Assembly (NCBI GenBank): GCA_951406725.2
Contig: OX597843.1
Location: forward strand, 20,956,001-21,020,000
Direction of reading: 5' to 3'
DNA from: Octopus vulgaris
Taxonomy: Eukaryota
DNA length: 64,000 nucleotides
The position numbers were made by a program, and so were the translations under genes. The notes beneath the pieces are model-generated. The model ran no database searches. It had not been told where the DNA came from and worked only from the letters and a program-made list of their open reading frames with translations. Positions 1-10,315 of this stretch are shown here, one piece after another. Each line of letters opens with the position of its first letter. Within the stretch, counting starts at the first letter, position 1.

Positions 1-1125
1 GCGAACTTAGTCCGGTGGAACATAAACAAAATTGATGACTGTAGATGCGGAGAGAAAGCGACGGTTAGACATGTTCTGTCAAGTTGCAGACTAGCACTTG
101 AAAGATATACTTGGCAACATAATCAAGTCCTCAGCGTCATAAGCGCAGCACTCAAGGAGAAGATCGAGAGGTACAATAGGGGAGAGTACCCAAAAGTAGA
201 AAAGCGCAGGAAAGTATACTTCCACAGGGAGGGAAAAGACCTACAAGTAAAGTATACAAGATAGATGAAAGATGGAAGGGATACTGGGAGGTGGCCACGG
301 ACTTGGAAAGACAAGTAGTATTTCCACTAATAAAAGCAACAAAAAGACCGGACTTAGTTCTATGGAACAGAGACCGGGGAATGGGAATTTTACTAGAACT
401 GACAGTACCTTGGGAAGAGAACATCGGCAATGAAACTAAAGGAGAAGAGATACGAAAAGCTAATCGAAGAATGCAGAGAACAGGGATGGAATGTCGAATA
501 TTATCACCTGGCAATGGGGGGTAGAGGCTTCTGTGAAAAGAAAATGACAACGCTTTTCAAAAGAAGATTTGTTTTTTCTAGCCCCGAGCTGCGTAAACTA
601 ATAAGGAGAGTACAGGAGGCGGTCGAAAAAGCCAGCTTCTATATATGGCTGAAGCGGGAAGACCGAAAATGGCTTGAAAATCATAAACACGCCGACGGGA
701 AATAACATCATTAGGTGAGACTGGCTGACTGAATCAGCTTCGCTGACTGACAGGTGAGGGTCGTTTAGAAAAAGCGCGGGCTAAAACTACGCACCTTCTC
801 TAGTCAGTTAAGGTGAGACAGTGTCATATGACAAGTGGCTGGGGCCTATGCGGCAGGTACTTAAAGAGAGAAATTTGACAAGACAGTCAGTCACCGGCTG
901 ACACTCGCTGACGATACGTCGAAGAGGCCAGGGAAAAGAAGAACGAAGACATGACCCAACACCAGAGCTGAAGACACCTCCGAAAGGGGGGTCCCGCCAC
1001 GTCAAAACGGTAGAGGAGTAGGGGCCGAAACCGGACGTGGTTCCTCCTGATGATGTCTTGAGCTTAACTGGATCCTATAAAGGAGCTGTTGGGGTAGCAG
1101 ACCACGAAACACGGTTGTAATTCCT
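1..1125 (+). mobile_element. 3' part of an RLE-type non-LTR retrotransposon (Hero/NeSL-like), frameshifted, with 3' UTR
   Basis: CCHC finger CRCGEKATVRHVLSSC, RYTWQHNQVL, and restriction-like endonuclease motif RPDLVLW...LLELTVPWEE...KEKRY (ORFs 291..524, 430..705). The coding region stops at 705. Confidence 0.88.
1008..1059 (+). ncRNA. Candidate rearranged (non-circularly permuted) hammerhead ribozyme in the Hero-like 3' UTR
   Basis: CGG-TA-GAGGAG-ta-GGGGCC-GAAA-CCG-gacgtgg-TTCCTC-CTGATGA-TGTCTT. Stem III CGGT/ACCG, GUA cleavage triplet, stem I GAGGAG/TTCCTC, intact CUGAUGA and GAAA. Stem II is weak and GU-rich. Confidence 0.65.
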
Positions 1126-1129
1126 AAGT

Positions 1130-4100
1130 ATAAATTTGTTACAATAAGAGAAATAAATAGAATAATAATAAATAAAAATAAAGCATACAATGGCAAATTA
1201 AAAGACGAATTAAAATTCTAGCGAAATGTACATAGAAGATAATAATTATACAATTTACAAAAATATAAGTTTACAGAGATACAGAGAAGTCCCTCTACCG
1301 GCCGTTTCGGAGACGCGCCAATTAATATTAGTCAATTCATTTACTTAAAATTGGCACTCCCCTCATCAGGATGTCCTATACATACAACACATAGTAAACG
1401 TGAACAAATACACAATTACATACCGGCCATATTCAGAAACGAGACATTACGTACTCCCAGAAATTTTTCTCCGATCCTGAATGCTATTTTATATGCATAT
1501 AATTCGATCCAGCGGCCATAGTAAATGATATGCACACAGCGCCATCTGGACCATTTCACTTCTGCACTTATTTTATTTTATTTTTCTTCAATCTTATAAG
1601 TTCTCACATACATGCAAAGCCACATATTCGGGTTCAAGTCCTTGACCCTTTTTATACTAATAGCTATTTTTTCTTTTAATAATTACATTACTTTAGTTTT
1701 ATTTCATTCACTACTTACTATACTTTCTAAATTTAATTCAATTGTTATTGCTTAGCTCTAACTTTTATTGCTATTTCTATTTCTAAATTTCTTATAGAAC
1801 GTCGAGTGGATCTTATGCGTACACGCCGGTATTGCATCAGTGAACTTATTTAACACTGCGTTGTTGTAATTTTTCAATATAGTGTATGCTTCCCTTATGC
1901 ATAAACCGCATCTAGTGGGCCCAATTCTATAAGGGGAGGCATGCGCAAGGATAGCCCATGATATTTTAAATTCAACATCCCTTTCCTTAAGGTCATTAAC
2001 ATGTAATGCCAATGTTGTAGAGGTCCTATATTTAGGATTGTTGAAAGAGCTCAGGTGGGATCGATACCTCTGCTTAAAGTCTACTGTGCTTCCAATATAA
2101 ATTTTTCTCTGGCATTCTTGAGCCTCAACACTACATTTATAAACTACATTTTCCTGGCGACAATTTCCGCTAATCGGACATACTGATGGGCCCCCTACAA
2201 TTACATTTCTTCAACCTGCTACGGGGTCTCGTATTACTGATCACTCCGAAACCATGCCCCCTCCCAGTACTAGGATCCACCATATCATTTACACCATCGT
2301 TCCTACTATTTTCCGGTATATGTATTGTTATATGTATATGTATTATTATTCTTACTATTACCATCATTCTTATTTTTATTTTTACTAATATTTATATTAC
2401 CATTATCACTACAATTAACACTATTATTACCACCCTGATAATCATTATAATCACTAATATCATCATCAACATCATTATTATGATTATCTCTACTATTTGC
2501 ATTAATTGTCATTCCAATACACCCTTCATAATCGATTTCAGAAGACGTACTATTAATATTACTACTATCTTCTGTCCTTAATGAATTTTCCATTAAAGCT
2601 TCTGTCATCATTTCTATCATTATAGCGCCTTATTTTACTTCTGTTCAACGAAGCAACAATAGATCCGACATTGGGAGTGTCTGCGTAGGCCAACTTGATT
2701 GTTGACTTGTTACATATTGAATAGTACTTATGGTGTTTTGGGAAATTTTCCTTCAATAACTTTAAAAATAGCTTTGGTAAACCTTTCACACTTAATGAAA
2801 AGGGAGAGGCAAACCAAGTAACTTGACGAATCCTAGACTTGGTATTAATAATGGGATTACAATATGTTGCTTGAATTGACGTAAGGCCATTGCTGTATCT
2901 ATTAGTAATATTTATATCTTTATTTTTTCTACTATTAGTATTATTCTTATTCCTATTTTCAACTTCACTAGACCTAGGCCCAACTTTAAAACTCAATTCA
3001 CATTTATGACTGCTATAATTTGCAACCCCTTCCCTCCCGTTGCTGTTATCATCCATGGTATTTTAATCATTACAATTCTCATTATTAACCTTATTAACGT
3101 GATTACTTTTTACAAAACCAACCACATCACATTTATTTCTCTTATTTCCAAATCTCATTTTATCAGCTTGTTGCAAGTTCCTTGGGGATCATGAGGGGAG
3201 CCTCTGATATCCGAAATCCGTTTCATATCGTCGCTGACCATGCTGGACAATTTAATTTTTAATTTTGTATTGTGTATGTATTCAATATTATTTGTGAACC
3301 CACTCAATTTTAAGGCATTGTTGTATATTGGGGCGTGTTGATTAAAGATGTTTTGCTTCGCCGATAGGTTTGAGATTCTGATAGACATTGCAGTTATAAT
3401 GCTATTGATGGTTGATTTGGGATGATTTGAGGAAACATTGATATATCGGAAAGTTTGGTTTGGTTTTCGGAAAGGGTAGTGTAAGCTAGTATTCAGATTG
3501 AGAGTGATGTCGAAGAAATTTGCCACTTTAGGATTATTCTCAAAAACGATGCTCAAATTATAAAAGTCCTTGAGAGATTCTCTAAGGTCCTTCTTCATTC
3601 TTTCAATCTGAGGATTTGAATGATTAGAGAAGATGAATAATGCGTCATCCCGGATAGAGATGGGAAAAACCGCTTAAACTTGTCTAACAAAAATAGACCA
3701 ACAATATCCGTTACTTGAGCCGAGTCCGATGATTCCATAGTGATGTCGAATAAAATAAAAGAATGCGATTTAGACCAGTGGTGCTTTCCATAATTTATCA
3801 GAGTCATTCTTGCTGCTTGAATAATATCAATATCTAGATTCGATATTTCAACAAAGTTCCGGGCTAAAATGATTGCTTTATTCAGTAAGATGGGAGAGAT
3901 CAAGGAGTTGTAATTCGAAATATCAAATTGTACAAATGACGATGAGTCATCACATTTAATTGTGTGAAACCTATATAAAATAGCATTGGTAGATTCCCAT
4001 AAGGGCAACATCGTCCTTTCTCTTATCACTGGAATAATTCTATCCAATATGGATTTGCTGATTCTACCCAAGTCAAATTTAGTTGGGCAAATTAATCGTA

Positions 4101-4485
4101 TTGACATTTGGCAAGAAAATCTTTTTTATGGTCCTCTAGGGTGCAGTGCGAGGTCTTAGGATCGTAAGGTTGCGTGCAGTCAAGGATTCCTAATTCAGAA
4201 ATTAAGTCATAGTGTCAATTATTAATGTCGGCAAGAGCCGATTTCTTGGCGATTTTGTATTTAGCGTGCAGCTCTTTGGATATCAATTTATCATAAGTTT
4301 CATAAGGCACTGAATAAATATTCCCTTTTTTATCAGAAAGAATGTGTAGATTAGGATCTAAATGTTAGGCTTTATAGATATAAATGAGTATATGAAGATT
4401 TTGTATGTGTTTGGTCTTTCTGTGGATTTTGTGATGCTCCTGTGGTTGTTGCTCGCATTGCCTCCCCTCGGATCAAAAAGTCTTA

Positions 4486-4490
<5 letters not shown>
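1130..4490 (-). mobile_element. Penelope-like retroelement (RT + GIY-YIG), degraded; probably Naiad-type
   Basis: RT motifs RLICPTK, FVQFDI, FDITMES, FFDITLNL and WFASPFS (ORFs 3595..4107, 3155..3598, 2565..3056). C-terminal CNCRGPSVC...VVYKC...IYIGST...RCGLC...CTHK read across a frameshift (~2215 to 1758). The clade assignment is from memory. Confidence 0.88.
1289..1376 (-). ncRNA. PLE-associated minimal hammerhead motif
   Basis: Minus strand: CTGATGA-GGGGAGTGCCAATT...AATTGGCGCGTCTCC-GAAA-CGGCCG-GTA. Long stem II and palindromic CGGCCG, downstream of the PLE ORF in the same sense. Stem I is poor (2 bp). Confidence 0.6.
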
Positions 4491-4561
<71 letters not shown>

Positions 4562-4576
4562 TATACATATATATGT

Positions 4577-5670
4577 ATATATTGTTATATTTCGGAATGG
4601 TCACTTCGCCCGTTTAGCCAATAAAAAACACACGCACTATATATTTGGTGTTACTTTGCTTCAGTGTTATTTATTTTTTTACATTAATCTTAATCTTATT
4701 TCGGCCAAAGTTCTTTCGTCACACTCCTGTGACCGCATCAGTGGTCCTTTGTTTTCTTTTTTCTTATTTGTGTCTCTCCTTACTAAACGTCAGCAATTTT
4801 GTATTTCTATTGTATGTCTTCATTTGCGCATGTTTATATCTCTATGTGCGTCTATGTTTATTTAGTGTGTGTGGGGGGATGCCTGTAATATTTGTATCTT
4901 CTGTTTATATACGTTGATGTAATTTGTTTTTGTTGTTGTTTTTGTTTATTCTTATTTTGTTCATGTGTTTACATCCACTTATTAATTATCATTACATATG
5001 CTTGTAAGTATGTATATATGTATAAAAACAATACTAGTAATAATAATAATAAATCGGAAAAAAATAAAATGTAGTTATTTATTTCTATTTGTTAATTTAT
5101 CTGTGTATTTATTATGTTTTCGGGATCCTCTACCGTCATATATTGTGGTGTGTACTAGTGTTCCATTCTAGTTTTCTATTCAGGCTAGGTTTATTTTCTA
5201 TTATATGTGTAGCTTCTGTAATTTGTCTGATTGTTGCATCTGTTCTATGTGTGGACAATATTTTAATTTCTATGTTGTTGATTGAACCCCGTGTTCCTGT
5301 TCGGCGTGTTGGTACAGAATCGATGAGCTTTTACCTTCCTTGAGTTGTCTCCAATGACCATTTACCCGCTCTCCTATGCTTATTGCTGTTTCCCCTACGT
5401 ATGTCGTTGTCTTATTACTGCATCGTCCCTCTTCACATCTTATACTATAGACACAATTTCTGGCTTTACAGGAGTGTCACGAAAGAACTCTGGCCGAAAT
5501 AAGATTACGATTAATATAAAAAATAAATAACACTGAAGCAAAGTAACACCAAATATATAGTGCGTGTGTTTTTATTGGCTAAACTGGCAAAATGACCATT
5601 CCGAAATATAACAACATTTGTTTCAACACACGACTTCACATAAAAAATCTTGCACAACAAATACATAAAC

Positions 5671-5690
<20 letters not shown>
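4577..5690. repeat. PLE pseudo-LTR-like repeat with partial inverted copy; hammerhead-like core at 4703-4747 (-)
   Basis: 4577-4730 is the reverse complement of ~5468-5615. The minus strand has ACCA-CTGATGC-GGTCAC...GTGAC-GAAA-GAAC-TT-TGG. Same family at 12262-12805, 43510-44600 and 50195-50730. Confidence 0.7.
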
Positions 5691-5707
<17 letters not shown>

Positions 5708-5768
5708 TAAAACGGTAAGATAACAAAAGAAAGAAAGAGACCTCAATATTATGTAAATAGAGGAAATT

Positions 5769-5976
5769 TATCTATACAATAATATGTTACATTACTGGAT
5801 AGTCAAGATAAAACTCTGAGTTTCAGATGCCAAAGTGGAAATCCACAACACCATCTCTTCGGTTATCTGGCTATTTTCCAGATAACCGAAGAGATGGTGT
5901 TGTGGATTTCCACTTCGGCATCTGAAACTCAGAGTTTTATCTTGACTATCGAGTAATGTAACATATTATTGTATAG

Positions 5977-5979
<3 letters not shown>
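5769..5979. repeat. Near-perfect palindrome, 102-bp arms and 7-nt loop, each arm carrying a hammerhead-like motif
   Basis: 5769-5870 vs 5878-5979 with 2 mismatches seen. Right arm reads GATAA-CCGAAGA-GATG...CATCT-GAAA-CTCAGAG-TT-TTATC. Confidence 0.92.
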
Positions 5980-6072
<93 letters not shown>

Positions 6073-6999
6073 GTATGCATATATGAGGAGGCAAAACTAT
6101 ATAAAAATTTGTTGTTCACGATGCACCTAAATTTGGATTTTTTAAAAATAACCTTATTTGAATTGTTTTTAAATAACCTTTTTTACATACATACCAAACT
6201 AGTTTCAACAATACTTAAAATAATGAACTAGAAAAACTTGTTTCAATGTTTACAAGTTTCAGTAATATGAAATATGATTTAAATATTCATAACATTCAAT
6301 AATATAAAAGATGTGGAAGATCTTGTTTGAATGCATAAAATTCAAAAGATCGATAAGAAATGTATATCATCAGAGTTTCGGCCATACAGGGTAAAGAAGG
6401 AGAAAAACAAGGGAGAAATTGAGATAGTGGAAAAAGGGAAATCTTTGAGCACAGTCCCTGTGAATCATTGTCCGTCGTGTGCAAGGACTTTTGCTTGTAA
6501 CGGCGTTTTTTGGAATTGGATGTGTTTACAATTATTTCCGTGAACCGATCTGATATTTGATTCATTAAATTACAGGTGACGTCTAATTTTTCTGGTGGGC
6601 AAGGTTGTTGTTCTGCCTGGTTGACTTCCCATTGGGGGACGGGCATAAACCATTCCAGTTGGTTGATTCTCTTAAAGCGTCACTTTGTTGTGTTTGCTCA
6701 AGTTCGGTTCTGATCAGATGTATAATTTCAATGATTTATGTGACATCAGCAACTGGTGTTTATATGGTGTTATTGTATGGCGATTTGGATTTGCTATTTC
6801 GAAACCCGCGTTGAAGACTGGTACTAAAGATTTTTGAATTATGTCTGTTGCATCTCGGTTTTTTATTGTGGAAAAATTGTTTCTTTTTCCTGTTTCTGTT
6901 TAGTGTTTAAACAGAGGTGAATAAGAGAGAATGAATTAAACGATATTCTTTATTCCATAACACTACCATTGTATATTGTTCAGATGATATAATTAATAT

Positions 7000-7312
7000 A
7001 TAGCGCATGGCTCTGTGGTTAGAGCGTGGAGCTTATAATCGTGAGGTTGTGAGTTCGAATCCTGGACTGGACTGGGTGTTGTATTCTTGAGCAAGACCCT
7101 TTATTTCGCGTTGCTCCAGTTCACTCAGCTGTAGAGTTGCGACGTCACAGGTTCCAAGCTGTATCGGCCGTTGCCTTTCCCTTAAATAGAGAGGGGAGGC
7201 CGGTATGCATGGGTGACTGCTGGTCTTCCATAAACAACCTTGCCCGGACTTGTGCCTGGGAGGGTAACTTTCTAGGTGCAATCCCACGGTCAGTCATGAC
7301 CGACGGGGTCTC
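7000..7312 (+). mobile_element. tRNA-derived SINE (family 1)
   Basis: A box TGGCTCTGTGGTTAGAGC and B box GAGTTCGAATCC. Homologous to the reverse complement of 37463-37797 and to 45950-46270. Confidence 0.85.
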
Positions 7313-7674
7313 AGCTCAATCCTTACCATCTATCGTAGGTGTAAAATATGCTTTTATTTGAGTATTTCAATAAGTTCTACGTTAGATCATACTATCATTT
7401 CACAGACACATGTTCCACCTTTGAAGAATGGCAGTGGTCACACAAGATATTAACCATATCATCTCATCAATGAACTACGGGAGTGATGTATAGACACAAT
7501 TGCAGGGATATGGAATAAAGAATGTCGTTGAAACCATCCGCTTATTCCTCATCAGCTTTGTATATATGTATGTATGTATGTCTGTATGAATGTATGTATT
7601 TATGTATGTATGTATGTATGTATGTATGTATATATGTATGTATGTATGTACGTATGTATGTACGTATATACCAT

Positions 7675-7890
7675 TCTTTCTTCTTTCACTTGTTTCAGTA
7701 AGTTGACTGCTTTGCAGCAGGAGAATCACCTTGAAGTATGTAACTCGAACGAATCGAGACCACTAACTATTCTTTTAAACCCTGGTACTTACCCTGTCGG
7801 CCGCTTATGCGAAATCGCTAACTGACGAGAAATTAAACGCACTAACATAGGTTGTGAAGAAGTAGAGTACAAACATAGAGACTAAGTCAC
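7675..7890 (-). mobile_element. Diverged 3' half of SINE family 2
   Basis: CTTGTTTCAGT...GACTGC...CACC...ATCGA...GGTACTT aligns loosely to 32455-32630. Confidence 0.6.
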
Positions 7891-7911
7891 ACACACACAC
7901 TCGCACACATA

Positions 7912-7974
<63 letters not shown>

Positions 7975-7978
<4 letters not shown>

Positions 7979-8400
7979 GAGTTAGGACTCTAGTCCATGG
8001 AGCGAAAACCGGAGAGGTATGTAGTGATATGTGTGGAAGTTACCAGGGAAGCTGTTATCAAACTATGGAATTCAGAATTATACCAGCCGTCACTGCTCTG
8101 TTCCAAAAATACCGGCTCTCTCATTTAATATTAGGAGAATGTACCGCAATAGTTTGGAGTTCAAGTGCTCACAGATATTTAATGCCTTGCCAACACATCT
8201 GAGGAGTGGGTGTAGATGTTACACCATACAACTTGACCTCTTTCTATCCAAGTGAACCAATATCAGGGTAGGAAACCCAAAAGACTGCAGCGGTAGCGAA
8301 CTCTGGCCAATCCCATAAACTCGACCAGTCGAAAAGTGTTTACACTGGTGGGGCCCTAGCATCGACACATCCTTAGGGTTAAAACATATAAAAGAATAAA
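7975..8400 (+). mobile_element. 3' terminus of a CR1/L2-like LINE (ORF2 C-terminus plus tail)
   Basis: Reads KELGL*SMERK.ERYVVI.VWK...FNALPTHLR...LDLFL, typical of such C-termini, followed by a tail ending in TAAAAGAA. Second copy at 46540-46975. Confidence 0.6.
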
Positions 8401-8458
<58 letters not shown>

Positions 8459-8462
<4 letters not shown>

Positions 8463-9170
8463 TGAAGTTTTGAAAATGCAATTTTAAAAGATGTTTATTT
8501 ACTTGACCGGTTTTAATTTCTTAGAAAAAGATTGTCAAAAGAAACATATAAAAGCTTTGTTGTGTTAGGTACTGATTGTCTACAATACATATACACATTC
8601 CTTGATAATCATATGAACATTTAGGTTGTATATAAATGTACAATGAGGGAGATATCTTTAGTTTGACCTGACCTGATTCCCCATATTATCGTAAAAGCAT
8701 TTACGATAATATGGTGAATCAGGTTCGTTGAAACTAAACATATCTCCCTCATTGTATATTTATATACTACCAAAATGTAACCTTTTTGAACTTATAATTT
8801 TCTGTGTGTATATATACAGGTACAATACCGATTTTCCTCTGAACTTTTTAATAATTCTTTCTGTAAGCTGTTTTTAACATTCTCTTTTTATTATCAAATA
8901 ATGTATATATGTATTGTAATTTTTTGTACCCAATATTTTAATGAAGTTGTCAAATTTCTTTTATATTTTCACAAGATGTTCATATTCAAGATTAACATAT
9001 TCTTATTATTATCAAAGAATGTATATATGTATTGTAATATTTTGTGACAACCAGTACCTAACACAACAAAGATTTTACATGTTGCTTTTGACAATTCTTT
9101 CTAAATAAGTGAAACCGGTCAAGTAAATAAACATTTTTTAACATTGCATTTTCAAACCTTCTTTCATATA
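8459..9170. repeat. ~700-bp foldback (nested inverted repeat) with decayed minimal hammerhead in the outer arms
   Basis: Inner arms ~8618-8697 and ~8700-8779, outer arms ~8459-8615 and ~9005-9170. Motif CTT-TTGACAA...GAAA-CCGG-TC-AAG at ~9083-9123. Confidence 0.85.
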
Positions 9171-9196
9171 TAATTCCACTCGTGCGGTACCTTACA

Positions 9197-9243
9197 ACTC
9201 GAAACATTACGTACGACAGTGGGTCGTACGTAATGTTTCGAGT
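9197..9243. repeat. Perfect 21-bp-arm hairpin
   Basis: ACTCGAAACATTACGTACGAC-agtgg-GTCGTACGTAATGTTTCGAGT. Confidence 0.9.
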
Positions 9244-9269
9244 GTATGGGCGCACGAATAAATCACAGC

Positions 9270-9691
9270 TTAATCCAGAGCATGTTCATCATTTTTTCCG
9301 ACATCCTCTGTATTGTGCATTGGGAGATTATTCAGAGAGGACGTTTGGGGAAAATGACCGGATCTGGATTCGCGAAGTGTTGAATTTTTCACGACAACAA
9401 TGCACCTATCACCTCACTCGTAAGTTTCTTGCCAAAAACAACATGCTATCGCTTCCGCATCTGCCCTATTCGCCAGATTTACCACCTGCTGACTTGCATC
9501 CGTTCCTCAAGATGAAAAATCAGCTCAGAGGTCGAGATCAAGAGCAAACTTAACATCATTGTCGAAATCTAGAGGTCCTCTACTCGCCTATGGAAAACTA
9601 CTTCAGGCCGGATTTCAAAAGTGTCAGAAAAGCTGGGGCAGTTGCATTATTGCTCAGGTAACATGAGTTACCTTTATTAAACATAGCTCGT
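9270..9691 (+). mobile_element. Mariner transposase C-terminal remnant
   Basis: LPHLPYSPDLPPADLHPFLKMK matches the mariner HPPYSPDLAPxD motif (ORF 9182..9553). Possible right TIR remnant TTTATTAAACATAGCTCGT. Confidence 0.85.
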
Positions 9692-9707
9692 TCAGAAAAT
9701 TTATATA

Positions 9708-9845
9708 TACGACGGGTTTCCTTCAGTTACCGTGAACCCAAGTAACTAACATACACGAGTTTGTTTGGTTTGAGACCAGATTACACGGAGAAGAACTGAA
9801 TGCAGAAGCAAAATTCTTATCACACAGCCATGTCAATGCCTACGC
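9708..9845 (-). mobile_element. Diverged 5' part of SINE family 2
   Basis: ACGACGGGTTTCCTTCAGTT...CTTATCACACAGCCA resembles 32733-32890. Confidence 0.55.
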
Positions 9846-10102
9846 GTAATCACACACACACACACACACACATACAAAATACACACACACACGTATGACG
9901 GAAATGGAAAATGAATTTTACTTGATACATTAATCATTACTGCTGTTTCAACCGGTCTTCAATCGGCCCCTCACGGATGAGATAATGGTCGATTGGCCGC
10001 GGTACATCTTTCATTGCAGATGCTTCTCATCAGTTGACATTTCAAAAAGTACTCTACTCAATAAACGCGTTTTTACTCGGTTCGATTATAATGTATTTCG
10101 TT

Positions 10103-10105
<3 letters not shown>

Positions 10106-10155
<50 letters not shown>

Positions 10156-10315
10156 TTAAAAAAAAATAATAATAATAATAATAATAATAATAATTTTAGT
10201 ACGAATAAGGTGAAGAAGAAGAAGAAAAAGGAGAAGGAAAAGGAGAAGAAGGTGAAGAAGAACAAAAACAATGACAACAACAACAATAATAACAACGAAG
10301 AAGTCGGTGATGAAG
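10106..10315. repeat. Compound microsatellite (AAT)n/(GAA)n/(AAC)n
   Basis: Direct reading of the sequence. Confidence 0.9.

Noticed and set aside
968-996. CTGAAGA...GAAA...GTC as a conventional hammerhead
   Set aside because: The GAAA is the loop of a CCTCC/GGGGG hairpin, and no stem I or II forms in hammerhead register.
1047-1120. Type I hammerhead using CTGATGA (1047) with the downstream GAAACACGGTTGTA
   Set aside because: Stem III is possible, but there is no stem I (CTC vs ATT). The rearranged pairing has a 6-bp stem I in exact register.
1758-2215. Selenocysteine (in-frame TGA) at conserved Cys positions of the PLE endonuclease
   Set aside because: The Cys positions I read (CNC, CP, GNC, CGLC, CTH) are ordinary Cys codons, not TGA.
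2186-2581. Hydrophobic 131-aa ORF resembling a membrane protein
   Set aside because: It is the antisense reading of the Asn/Asp-rich PLE linker.
6360-6395. GAAAC and CTGATGA adjacent on the minus strand
   Set aside because: They are only 2 nt apart with no supporting stems, so probably chance.
7000-7075. tRNA genes here and at ~24330-24400, ~32830-32890 and ~37730-37797
   Set aside because: They have A/B boxes but no complete cloverleaf, and each continues into a SINE body.
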